A DNA stretch of 61,575 bases from a virus (taxonomy: Duplodnaviria > Caudoviricetes): IMG/VR virus record IMGVR_UViG_3300027743_000031, positions 1 through 61,575 of that record; one strand, 5' to 3'. A program made the position numbers and the translations under genes. This document shows, piece after piece, positions 27,284-36,008 of this stretch. Every line of letters starts with the position of its first letter. Position 1 is the stretch's first letter. The notes under the pieces are model-generated. The model had not been told where the DNA came from, searched no databases, and was given only the letters and a program-made list of their open reading frames with translations.

Positions 27284-28777
27284 ATGGCCCGAACCAACAA
27301 GGCGGAGGACCCGGACAGTCCCGCCGCGATCCGAGAGTCGCAGATGCTGCTGCTCGCGGAGATCGGAGGGAAGCTGCTTGGCGAAGAGGACATCACGTTC
27401 TCGGGCACCAAGTTCGTCCTTCCGGCAAAGCTGGACCTCGATCAGTCGATCGAGTTCCTGGAGCAGCGTCGGAACGATGAGCAGACGGTCAACCGCTTCG
27501 TGAAGACGTTTCCCTACCGTCCGCTGGATGGCGCTCGCGCCACGATGCAGGCGATCAAGGAGGCGTTCGGCTTCACGCTGGGCAAGACCATCTACTCGTT
27601 CTGGGGCAACACCCCGCCCACCTTCATCGACTGCCGCTACGGCCCTGGCCGTGACGACACCGAGCAGGTGCCGTGGGGGGCAATGCAGATCCCCGGCTTT
27701 GAGAACACGAGCGTCTACCTCGGGGCGGAACACCACCCCGAGTTGGGCAACTGCTTCAACATCAGAGTCGAGTCGCCCCGCAAGTACAGGTTCCACATCG
27801 AAGGGCTGTTCCGGCTCATCGCCAAGAACCTGGAGGAGCGGAGCATCTACCGGGGCAAGGCGCTCGACGGTGCGGCCGAGCCGAACTTCATCGACACCAC
27901 ATCGGTGGCGACGGAGGACGTCGTCTACACCAGCGAGGTCACGGCGCAGTTGGAGGCCAACGTGTGGTCTCCGATCAAGCACGCCGAGGCGTTGACCAAG
28001 CTCGGCCAGCCCGGGAAGCGGACGGTCCTCTTCGAAGGTCCGTACGGCACCGGCAAGTCGCTGGCCGCGCTGCTCACCGCGCAAGTTGCGGTGGCCAACG
28101 GGTGGACGTTCTTGCTCTGCCGTCCTGGCAAGGACGACTTGAACGTGACGATGCAGACGGCGCGCATGTACCAGCCCGCCGTCGTGTTCTTCGAAGATCT
28201 CGACACCGTTGCTCAGCCGGGCAGCAGTGACGACATCTCGCAGATCCTCGATATGTTCGACGGCATCACCACCAAGGGGCTGCAGATGCTCCTGGTGCTG
28301 ACGACGAACCACGCCGAGCGCATCCACAAGGGGATGGTGCGGCCTGGCCGTCTCGACGCGGTGATCCACGTCGGTGAGATGGACCGGGCCGGTGTCGAGC
28401 GACTGACACGCCGAGTGATCGGTGATGCGCTGGCGTTCGACATCGACTTCGACAAGGTGTTCGTCGCGATGGATGGGTACATGCCCGCCTTCGTGAAGGA
28501 AGCCCTGGACCGTGCGATCCGCTACTCCGTCTCGTTGAACGACGGCGCGGTTGGTCGCATCGACACCGATGCTCTGGTGTTGGCGGCGTCTGGTCTGCGT
28601 GACCAGTTGCGGCTGATGATGGGCGCATCGGACGTCGAGGTCGAGCCGACGCTGGACCGGGTGTTCTCCCGCGCCATCACCAAGGCGGCGACGAACGTGT
28701 TGTACGACACGGCCGTGGCCGATTTGGACGATGGCTACCAGCGCTGGCAGTTGCAGAAGAAGGAGCCCCAGGACTGA
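27284..28777 (+). CDS. AAA+ ATPase (classic clade)
   Basis: Walker A GPYGTGKS, Walker B VVFFEDLD, TTN sensor, RPGRLD arginine finger. Confidence 0.9.
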   Translation: MARTNKAEDPDSPAAIRESQMLLLAEIGGKLLGEEDITFSGTKFVLPAKLDLDQSIEFLEQRRNDEQTVNRFVKTFPYRPLDGARATMQAIKEAFGFTLGKTIYSFWGNTPPTFIDCRYGPGRDDTEQVPWGAMQIPGFENTSVYLGAEHHPELGNCFNIRVESPRKYRFHIEGLFRLIAKNLEERSIYRGKALDGAAEPNFIDTTSVATEDVVYTSEVTAQLEANVWSPIKHAEALTKLGQPGKRTVLFEGPYGTGKSLAALLTAQVAVANGWTFLLCRPGKDDLNVTMQTARMYQPAVVFFEDLDTVAQPGSSDDISQILDMFDGITTKGLQMLLVLTTNHAERIHKGMVRPGRLDAVIHVGEMDRAGVERLTRRVIGDALAFDIDFDKVFVAMDGYMPAFVKEALDRAIRYSVSLNDGAVGRIDTDALVLAASGLRDQLRLMMGASDVEVEPTLDRVFSRAITKAATNVLYDTAVADLDDGYQRWQLQKKEPQD

Positions 28778-28784
28778 TTGCCCC

Positions 28785-28836
28785 GCCCGCTCGCCCCTGT
28801 CATGGGGGCGGGCGGGCACCTACAGAAAGGAACCAC
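28785..28836 (+). repeat. Degenerate leader element, copy I
   Basis: GCCCGCTCGCC/GGCGGGCGGGC around CCTGTCATGGG, ACC, then SD; second hairpin absent. Confidence 0.55.
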
Positions 28837-29064
28837 ATGACGACCGAAGAGAATTCAGAGAGGGGCGACAGTTGGGAGCAGCAATTGTTCGACGCTGCCA
28901 AGGCGCGACGCGCGGTGAAGCTCGACACGGGCGAGGAAGTGAAGCTCGTCTATGCGCCGCACCCTGGCTACGACCCACGAATGGCGCGTGTTCGCGACGG
29001 CCGAGACGGCCGCGGGAGGGTGCGGTCGATCGACCCCAAGAGCATCGTGGAGATCCTGCCATGA
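28837..29064 (+). CDS. Hypothetical protein
   Basis: Strong SD. Confidence 0.7.
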   Translation: MTTEENSERGDSWEQQLFDAAKARRAVKLDTGEEVKLVYAPHPGYDPRMARVRDGRDGRGRVRSIDPKSIVEILP

Positions 29065-29237
29065 AGCACCTGGAGCAGATCATCCTGTGGCTGGTGCTGC
29101 TCGGCCTGTGTTGGCCGTGCGTGTGCCTGCTTGTGGTCGAGTGGATTGATCGACCGAAGACCATGCGCCATCCGGTGCATGGGCACTACGTCAGCGTTCG
29201 AAGCTGGCAGAAGGAGATGGGCTATGACGCGCGCTGA
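29061..29237 (+). CDS. Small membrane protein
   Basis: ATGA overlap; one hydrophobic helix. Confidence 0.55.
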   Translation: MKHLEQIILWLVLLGLCWPCVCLLVVEWIDRPKTMRHPVHGHYVSVRSWQKEMGYDAR

Positions 29238-29823
29238 GCACTGCAAGGCACTGGCGCGTTCGTTCACGCACAGTGCGTGCGAGTTGTTCGAACGGGACGG
29301 CTACCTCACCCCGATCGTGATCTTCCACGACAAGGACGGGCACGGGCTGATCGTGGTGCCGCACACGGAGATGGGCGAGCACCCCGGCGACTCGGCGGCC
29401 AAGCTGACGATCATGTTGGGCCGGACGTTGGAGGTGGAGTACATCTCCTTCATCTCCGAGACGTGGGTGAAGGAGTTCCACGTCGAGAAGGAGGAGGACA
29501 AGCCGGACCTGCAACGCGGCGACCTGGCGCGGATGTCGGAGACGGACCCCGACGTGAAGACCAACCTGTTGGTGATGGTGTTCGCGGTCAAGGAGTGGGA
29601 GGCCAGCTACTCGATCCACATGACGCTCAACACCGTCAAGTTGGGCGACATCGAGGGGCTGGGCTTGGAGCCGCACGAAATCGCGGGCATGCCCGAGGGC
29701 TTCGTGCCGGACGCGATCAAGCGAGGGTACGACCTGTCGCCACCGATGCCCGCCCCGCCGCTCGACGTGATGGCCCGCATCTTGGAAGAGAAGCACATCG
29801 CTCAGTCAGTGGTGGTCGTGTGA
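29224..29823 (+). CDS. Hypothetical protein
   Basis: GGAG RBS; operon arrangement. Confidence 0.7.
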   Translation: MTRAEHCKALARSFTHSACELFERDGYLTPIVIFHDKDGHGLIVVPHTEMGEHPGDSAAKLTIMLGRTLEVEYISFISETWVKEFHVEKEEDKPDLQRGDLARMSETDPDVKTNLLVMVFAVKEWEASYSIHMTLNTVKLGDIEGLGLEPHEIAGMPEGFVPDAIKRGYDLSPPMPAPPLDVMARILEEKHIAQSVVVV

Positions 29824-29974
29824 AGCGAAGGAGACGGCTGTGGAAGAAGCGACTGAGGGACCTGTACCGGACCCGCAAGTTGGACGACAACGCGTGGCTG
29901 CCGATGGGCACGTGGGCGCAGAACAACCTGCACCACGAGCAGCGGCCACACCGCAACAAGGGGAGGTTCCGTGG

Positions 29975-30223
29975 ATGATCACCGAGGACAATCACCTGTG
30001 CATCTGGGTGATCTACAAGGACGCGATCGACACCCCTCCGGGCTACTTCATTCGTCGGTGGGTCGTGCATCCGGGGCGCGAGCATCCGGAGCCGGACCCG
30101 TACGGAGTGCAGGCGCTGACGTTGGAGCAGGCGCGCGAGTGCATCCGGGAGAACGTGGGAATCCTCTACCGCATGGACCGCTCGCCAACGGACGACCCGT
30201 GCATCGTGGAGTCGTGGCTCTGA
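29975..30223 (+). CDS. Hypothetical protein
   Basis: IWVIY...RSPTDDPCIVESWL. Confidence 0.7.
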   Translation: MITEDNHLCIWVIYKDAIDTPPGYFIRRWVVHPGREHPEPDPYGVQALTLEQARECIRENVGILYRMDRSPTDDPCIVESWL

Positions 30224-30417
30224 TGGCTCCACGCTCAGGACCGGAACGGATGCGGCCGCAGCACGCCCCCGCGTACGTGTGGTGCGACTACCACGGCGAG
30301 ATTCATGGGGCGCAGATCGACTTCTACGAGGAGGGCTACAACGACGAGAACGGCTGCGTGCCAGGGAACTGGCGCAAGGTCTACATCAACGGCACGAAGG
30401 GAGAGTTCCTCTTATGA
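30223..30417 (+). CDS. Hypothetical protein
   Basis: TGATG overlap; YVWCDYHGEIH. Confidence 0.6.
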   Translation: MAPRSGPERMRPQHAPAYVWCDYHGEIHGAQIDFYEEGYNDENGCVPGNWRKVYINGTKGEFLL

Positions 30418-30501
30418 ACGCACTGTTCGCCGCCGTGTTGGTGGCATGGGCCGCGGTCGCGTTCGGCCCGACGCTGCGCCAGCGGTATCGGGAGTGGCGC
30501 G

Positions 30502-30777
30502 GTGACTGAGCACTGGACGGAGCAGTACATCCTCGCTCGGCCGCTCGACGTCGACAACTGGCTCGTCGTGTTCCCGCTCACCTTCGGGCGGTGGCGCGTG
30601 GCCGTGGCCGATGGGCCGCTCGGGCTGACAGGGGAGTTCGCTTGAATGACGGACTTCCCGGCAGCGGTCGCTGCCTTCTTGTCGTGGCCCGACATCCCCG
30701 ATGGAACGTGGACCCGGCTCCGCACCAAGGATGGCGTCGTGGTGTATCCGGGGCGTGAGGCGGGTGAGCCGCTGTAG
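30502..30777 (+). CDS. Hypothetical protein with in-frame TGA (30643-30645); candidate selenoprotein or readthrough gene
   Basis: GTG 30502 to TAG 30777 is a single frame interrupted only by TGA; SECIS-like hairpin follows. Confidence 0.45.
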
Positions 30778-30801
30778 CCCTCTTTCCGGCTCTCCAAGGG
30801 C

Positions 30802-30837
30802 GGGTAGGCGGCGCGTGTACGGCGCGCCGCTCTACCC
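30802..30837. terminator. Stem-loop between convergent operons
   Basis: GGGTAG-GCGGCGCG ... CGCGCCGC-T-CTACCC. Confidence 0.55.
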
Positions 30838-30840
30838 GGC

Positions 30841-31557
30841 TCAGCGAGGGCTACGGCGGGCCGGGAGGCGGCGGCGCGGCGCGGTCATGCGGGTGTAGTA
30901 CATCCGGGTGTCGTCGAAGCCGCTGAACAAGCCGGGGTAGCGACGGGCCACCTCGGCAAACCACTTCTGCCGCTCGGCGTACTGCTGCACGAAGTGCGAA
31001 TTGGCACCGCCCATGCGATAGGTGCCCTGGATGTAGTTGATCCGCGAGCAGGTGCCGTAGCGCATGAACGCCTGCGCTGCGATGTCCACGTCCTCGCACA
31101 GGCCGAGCGTCGGGTCGAACCTGAGCTCGGTCCCACATGCCAGCGCGTAGAAGCCGCCGCCGATCTGCCCCCATGCGGAGATCGTGCGCGACAGGTACAG
31201 CGCGTTGCTCGCAGAGGCGATCGTCACCAACCCACAGCGGCGCTCGGCACCGACGCGGATGAACTCGTCCGCGGCCTGCCCGATGGTGATCGCTTGACGC
31301 GTGCCGTTCGGCAGAAGCTCGACCATGCCGGTCAGGTCGTCGTCGGAGAACACCGACCACTCCTGGGCGGTGTCGAGAATCGCGTTGGCCTTGTCCGCCT
31401 TGCCGGGTGGTCCGGTGATGACGCGCTCGGCCCCGGCGCGCAGGTAGTCCATGCGCTGTGACTCGGGGACCAGCCACACCAAGTCGGCGTCACCCGCGAG
31501 CGCGCTCATGCTCGGCACGTTGTCAGCGCGCGAGAGCGACACGACGTAGACGTTCAT
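30841..31557 (-). CDS. TET-associated-type glycosyltransferase 2
   Basis: VVSLSR, FSDDD and CEDVD GT-A pattern; overlaps the GT1 stop. Confidence 0.7.
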   Translation of the reverse strand: MNVYVVSLSRADNVPSMSALAGDADLVWLVPESQRMDYLRAGAERVITGPPGKADKANAILDTAQEWSVFSDDDLTGMVELLPNGTRQAITIGQAADEFIRVGAERRCGLVTIASASNALYLSRTISAWGQIGGGFYALACGTELRFDPTLGLCEDVDIAAQAFMRYGTCSRINYIQGTYRMGGANSHFVQQYAERQKWFAEVARRYPGLFSGFDDTRMYYTRMTAPRRRLPARRSPR

Positions 31558-32351
31558 CGGACGCGGCGGTCCTTCAAGCGGACCTCTGGGTACGGCGACT
31601 TCTTGCTGAGGTTCATCGAGCACAGGCTCGGGAACTTGTCAGCCAGCCACTGCGCTGAGCGCAGAATGCGCTCGGGCGTGCGCGACAACTGCAAGCCTCC
31701 CGGCTCCTTGTAGTACGAGGTCTGGATGCTGATGAACTCCAGCCGCGTGACCACGCCGTCTGCGAGGTAGTGGCGGATGCTCCGCTCGTAGTCCTCCTTG
31801 TCATCGAGCACGACCATCTCGTGAGCGCGGCCGGTCACGCGCATCCCGAACAGGCAGGCGATGATGTAGCGCAGGTCCACGGTGGCGCGCGGGCGCATGA
31901 AGTACGGGTTGAGCACCGGATACACGCCCCACAGCGTCGAGCCGGTCGCGTGCATGTCCCGGAAACCCATCGCGAACAACTCCGCAACATCCTCCACGTC
32001 CTTGACGTGCTTGCTGTCCACCCACTCCACGATGCGGCTGATGTCGTCGTCGATGAAGGCGAGCTCCGTGTTCTTGGGCTGCTGGGCGATGACGTAGTTG
32101 CGGCTCGCACCGACGTTCACCGGCTGTTCACCGAGCAGGTCGAGGCTCTTGTCGGACGGGTCGTGCGGGGCGATGGCGATGCGCGCGCCGAAGGGCCGGA
32201 CGAAGTGCGAGTACTGCTCCGCTTCCATCTCGTTCGGCACCCACACGGTCACGCGCTCCATGTCCACGCCGCCACGGTGGAGCACGGGCAGCGTCTTGCG
32301 GGCGATCGTCTCGCCCCGGCCCGCCGAGCAGATGGCGATGACGTAGCTCAC
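31554..32351 (-). CDS. TET-associated-type glycosyltransferase 1
   Basis: IAICSAGR, RNYV, FIDDDI, KEDYERS and PGGLQ. Confidence 0.8.
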   Translation of the reverse strand: MSYVIAICSAGRGETIARKTLPVLHRGGVDMERVTVWVPNEMEAEQYSHFVRPFGARIAIAPHDPSDKSLDLLGEQPVNVGASRNYVIAQQPKNTELAFIDDDISRIVEWVDSKHVKDVEDVAELFAMGFRDMHATGSTLWGVYPVLNPYFMRPRATVDLRYIIACLFGMRVTGRAHEMVVLDDKEDYERSIRHYLADGVVTRLEFISIQTSYYKEPGGLQLSRTPERILRSAQWLADKFPSLCSMNLSKKSPYPEVRLKDRRVR

Positions 32352-33358
32352 TTCTTGCGCCGCTTCTTGATGCCCGCCTTGTAGCCGGGAGCCGCGCGCA
32401 AGTCCTCCAGTTCGGTCGCTCTGATCTGTGCGCGACGCAGTTCGTCGGCCGGGTCCGCGGCGCAGTGACTCATCATCGTCTTGGCGTAGGTGACGCAGGT
32501 GTACCGCCAGCCGTTGCTCTTCGTCATCCGCATCGGCGTCACGCCATGCACGACGGACTGCCCGTCGAAGATGGTGATGCTTCCGTGCGCCACCGGCAGG
32601 TACACGTCGTAGTCGGCCAGGTGCAGCAGCCCGCCAGCGACACCGTCGCGGCAGCCGAGCATTGCCGACCACGACCCAATGATGTTGCCGTTGTCCTTGT
32701 GATACGGGAGCGCCGCAGTTTGGTTGATGATCCCGCTGGTCCACGGTGTTCCGGCGATCAGCCACGGCCCGGCGATCTTCTCCCGAACGGCGCGGCCGGT
32801 GCGGTCGTGAACGTCCTTGGCCTGGATGCGGAAGACGTGCTCGGCCACCCGGCAGAACTCGGCCAGCACGTCCATCGCCCTCGGGTACTCGACGTTGAAC
32901 TGGCTGCGGCAGCAGCCCATCCGCCTCCGCAGGGGGGAGGGTGGTTGGTACCCAAAGGTGCGGTGAGTGACAGCCACCCCGCTCAGCCGGGTCGTGCTGT
33001 TGGCGTTGCCGAACACGTCGTCATCGAACTTCACGTTGCGAAGCGACGCGGCGAGGTCGGTGGCGATTGACTCTGCACAGACGGCGTAGACGACAGCGAC
33101 TTCGCCCGTCAGTTCGTCCACGATCGCGACATCGCGGTCGAGGATTACGGAGTCGTGGTTGGGAGCAGGTGCATTGGCACGTGCTTGCTTCTGACCGCAC
33201 TCTGGACACACGTCGGTCGGCCGATACGGGATCATCGCCCCACAGGACTGGATGCGCCGGTTCCACTGATCGACCTTGCCCTCTGCGAAGGCGCACGGGA
33301 CGAGCGGCGCGCGGCGCGGCAGCACCATGCGTTCGATCGTGGTGTCAGAGCGTTGCAT
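32348..33358 (-). CDS. 2OG-Fe(II) dioxygenase, TET/JBP-like
   Basis: IINQTAALPYHKD (HxD), HGVTPM (distal His), RYTCVTY (2OG-binding Arg); N-terminal Zn ribbon. Confidence 0.85.
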   Translation of the reverse strand: MQRSDTTIERMVLPRRAPLVPCAFAEGKVDQWNRRIQSCGAMIPYRPTDVCPECGQKQARANAPAPNHDSVILDRDVAIVDELTGEVAVVYAVCAESIATDLAASLRNVKFDDDVFGNANSTTRLSGVAVTHRTFGYQPPSPLRRRMGCCRSQFNVEYPRAMDVLAEFCRVAEHVFRIQAKDVHDRTGRAVREKIAGPWLIAGTPWTSGIINQTAALPYHKDNGNIIGSWSAMLGCRDGVAGGLLHLADYDVYLPVAHGSITIFDGQSVVHGVTPMRMTKSNGWRYTCVTYAKTMMSHCAADPADELRRAQIRATELEDLRAAPGYKAGIKKRRKK

Positions 33359-34049
33359 CGTCGGGCACCGCGGGGAACCCGAGCACGTCAGCGTCCTCGC
33401 TCTCTTCCAGGCGCGACGCCTTGAACGCACCGTCCACCAAGAACTTGACGACATCGGCGTTGCTCTCCAAGAACATCGCCTGGCGCAGCGCGGCCAGCTT
33501 GTTGGCGACTTCCTCGTAGGTCTCCGCCTCGTACGGCAGGATGATCGAGCGGATGTCCAACTGGTTGTACTGGTCGAGCCGGTCGTCGGGTGTCACGCCC
33601 TGGCGCACGCCACCAACGATGTCGCTGGCTTCGTGGCCTTGCAGCAGAAGCTCGTAGGCGGTGCGGTCGTAGCCGGTGCCCTCCAAGCCCTCGCTCTCGA
33701 TCAACTGCTCCAGCAGCTTGAACAGCGCCTCGTCGTCGTAGAAGGCGAGATCGCTGGCGCGGTTGTCGGCCAGCGCGATGCGGACCGCCTCGACATCGGA
33801 CGTGTCCACGTCCAGTTCCAGCACCGGCACTTCGGTCGCGCCGAGTTCACCCAGCGCTTGATGGCGGTGGTTCCCGGCGATGATGAACTTCGTGCTCTGC
33901 TGGACGATGATCGACCCGTAGAACCCGTTGACTCGGATGCTCTCCTTCAACGCGGTCAGGTCGCCCGAGCGTGGGTTGTCGGGCCACGGCTTCACGCTGT
34001 CCCACGGCACCAACAGCGGGACGCTGGACTCATGGAAGCGAACGGTCAC
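33345..34049 (-). CDS. ParB/Srx N-terminal-domain protein
   Basis: NPR...SIRVNGF...IIAGNHRHQA...ADNR. Confidence 0.85.
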   Translation of the reverse strand: MTVRFHESSVPLLVPWDSVKPWPDNPRSGDLTALKESIRVNGFYGSIIVQQSTKFIIAGNHRHQALGELGATEVPVLELDVDTSDVEAVRIALADNRASDLAFYDDEALFKLLEQLIESEGLEGTGYDRTAYELLLQGHEASDIVGGVRQGVTPDDRLDQYNQLDIRSIILPYEAETYEEVANKLAALRQAMFLESNADVVKFLVDGAFKASRLEESEDADVLGFPAVPDDATL

Positions 34050-34288
34050 GACACTCCTGCCTCTTCGGCGTGGCGCATCCGCGCCAGCATCTTGTGGACC
34101 TGGTTCTCGGTGATCGGCGCGCCACCCACCGTCTCAGCCGCTTCGGTGAGGCGCTGAGCAATCTCACGTTGGCTCATGCCGCCCATCCACAACGTCCACA
34201 CCGCGTCCTTGCGCTCTTCGTCAGCGCGCTCACCGATCGTGATCGCGCGCTGGGCTTTCACCAGCTTGCTGATGACCTGCCTGCTCAT
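34046..34288 (-). CDS. Small HTH protein
   Basis: GGMSQREIAQRL...ITENQVHKML. Confidence 0.65.
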   Translation of the reverse strand: MSRQVISKLVKAQRAITIGERADEERKDAVWTLWMGGMSQREIAQRLTEAAETVGGAPITENQVHKMLARMRHAEEAGVS

Positions 34289-34773
34289 CTGCTCCAGCCT
34301 TTCTCGTTGAGGTTGGCGAGTGCGACCTGTCCGGCGCGCGTGATGCCCCACACGATGGAGTCATCGACGCTGCCGGGGTTGCGCATCTTCGCCCCGGTGT
34401 CGTAGAGGTAGCCAGCCGCGCGCAGGTCACTGCAACGGCGACGGCACCCGTCGAACTGTGATTGCGGCGCTTCCGTCCCAAGGACGAGCACCGTGGCCAA
34501 CTGGTCGGTCAGGTGCTGCGCGCCGAACGCCGAGAGCAGCCTGGCCTGTCGGCTGTTGCGGCTGAACCGCCCCACGTCGCTCTCGGTCTTGGCCGCTTGG
34601 TGTGACGTGATCGGGTCGGTCGGGCGGGCCGGTGCGCTCGCCGCGGTGACACCAGGCTTGTGCATGGCGACTTCGATCGACACGGCGCTCCACCCGTAGC
34701 GGGCGACGAGGTCGGCAACGATCTCTGTCAGCGGGTCGGAGGGTTGGTCGAAGAGGGACGCGACGTTGCTCAT
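34285..34773 (-). CDS. Winged-HTH-like hypothetical protein
   Basis: ARPTDPITSHQAA...RRCSDLRAAG. Confidence 0.65.
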   Translation of the reverse strand: MSNVASLFDQPSDPLTEIVADLVARYGWSAVSIEVAMHKPGVTAASAPARPTDPITSHQAAKTESDVGRFSRNSRQARLLSAFGAQHLTDQLATVLVLGTEAPQSQFDGCRRRCSDLRAAGYLYDTGAKMRNPGSVDDSIVWGITRAGQVALANLNEKGWSR

Positions 34774-35078
34774 GTGCTGTGGCGAATGATCAGCCCGCAT
34801 TCCTCTGCTCCAGCGCGATCGACATCATGTGCGTGGGTGTGGTGGGCGAGACAGAGTGTCACGCAGTTCCATTCCTCGTCAATCTTGGACCCGAGCACGC
34901 GGTGATGCACCGCCAGCGGGCCATGACAGGCGACTTCGGGATGGTATCCAACACGGGCAGCTTGGCAACGGTGTTCGTCACGACTGATGATGAAGGCTCT
35001 GAACTCCGGGTCCATCCGACCGCGGCGAGGGGGCTTCTTCTTCATCGGCGTTCGGCGTAGCGGTGCTCCGCTCTTCAT
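34770..35078 (-). CDS. HNH endonuclease
   Basis: RDEHRCQ...VHHR...NCVTLCLAHH. Confidence 0.8.
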   Translation of the reverse strand: MKSGAPLRRTPMKKKPPRRGRMDPEFRAFIISRDEHRCQAARVGYHPEVACHGPLAVHHRVLGSKIDEEWNCVTLCLAHHTHAHDVDRAGAEECGLIIRHST

Positions 35079-35252
35079 CGGTAGGGCCTCTCCATCAGCC
35101 AAGGCTATCACACTTCCGCCGCACGGCGGGTAGCCGGTCGGCGGTGATGTAAACTTCTGGAAAGTGATGGCCGGGCGATGTTGGAGCATCCCCGGCCTCG
35201 ATCAACAGGAGGTGCTTCCCGTGATGGTTTCATTGTACGCGATCCCGCTGCC

Positions 35253-36008
35253 GTGACAGAGAAGTTCAAGCGCGAGCCGACAACGGTCGGCTACTCGGCG
35301 GTGCCACATGGACTGTGGACGGCGGACGTGAGCCACGGCGCACGCAACCTACTTGGGTGGCTGCACAGCCACACCGACACGTACCTGGAATCGCTCAGCG
35401 TCAACAGGTGCGAGGAAGTGTTCAACAGCGGCAGCGTCCGCGTGTGGATGAAGGAGTTGGAGACGGCGGGCTTCATCAAGAAGACGAAGCGCGGCCAGCG
35501 GTACGTCATCGAATTGATAGCCGAGCCGTGGGACACGCTGAGACGACGGCGGCACCCCGCGGATACCGCCCCGCGGTTTCCGCGGGATAACCCCGCGGAA
35601 ACCGCCCCCATAGAAGATCAGATAGGAAATCAGTTAGCGATAGAGCAGAGCTCTATCGCGCGGGCCGTGCCGAAACCGCTTTCCGATCACCGTCTGCTCT
35701 ACAACGCCGTCTTGGAAGCCTGTGGGATGGACCACGACGAGATGACGAAGGAAGCCCGGCGCATTGCTGGGATGCGTGTGCGTGAACTGCTCGCGACGGG
35801 GGCGACGCCGGACATGGTGCCCGAGCGGGCGGAGAACTACCACGCCCACTTTGAGAACGCGGCGATGACACCCGCTGCGCTCATCAAGCACTGGGCGATG
35901 TGTGCCAACCCGCCGCGGCGCAGGACGCGACAGACGGGAGGGATGGGATACCTGCAAGACCGAATGGCGCAACTCCGCGCCGATGAAGCGAAGGAGAAGG
36001 ACCCATGA
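35253..36008 (+). CDS. Replication initiator-like protein (N-terminal HTH)
   Basis: VPHGLW...SHGARNLLGWL...MKELETAGFI; C-terminal TPAALIKHW; internal iteron-like repeats. Confidence 0.65.
   Translation: MTEKFKREPTTVGYSAVPHGLWTADVSHGARNLLGWLHSHTDTYLESLSVNRCEEVFNSGSVRVWMKELETAGFIKKTKRGQRYVIELIAEPWDTLRRRRHPADTAPRFPRDNPAETAPIEDQIGNQLAIEQSSIARAVPKPLSDHRLLYNAVLEACGMDHDEMTKEARRIAGMRVRELLATGATPDMVPERAENYHAHFENAAMTPAALIKHWAMCANPPRRRTRQTGGMGYLQDRMAQLRADEAKEKDP
35555..35659. other. Candidate replication origin (iterons, AT-richer tract, palindrome)
   Basis: CCCCGCGGAWACCGCCCC at 35555 and 35591; inverted copy 35573-35586; GCGATAGAGC-AGA-GCTCTATCGC at 35637-35659. Confidence 0.55.

Noticed and set aside
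33345-34049. ParB-like gene as a plasmid partition system with the parS site
   Set aside because: No ParA and no evident HTH; it is translationally coupled to the DNA-modification genes, a usual context for such ParB-like domains.
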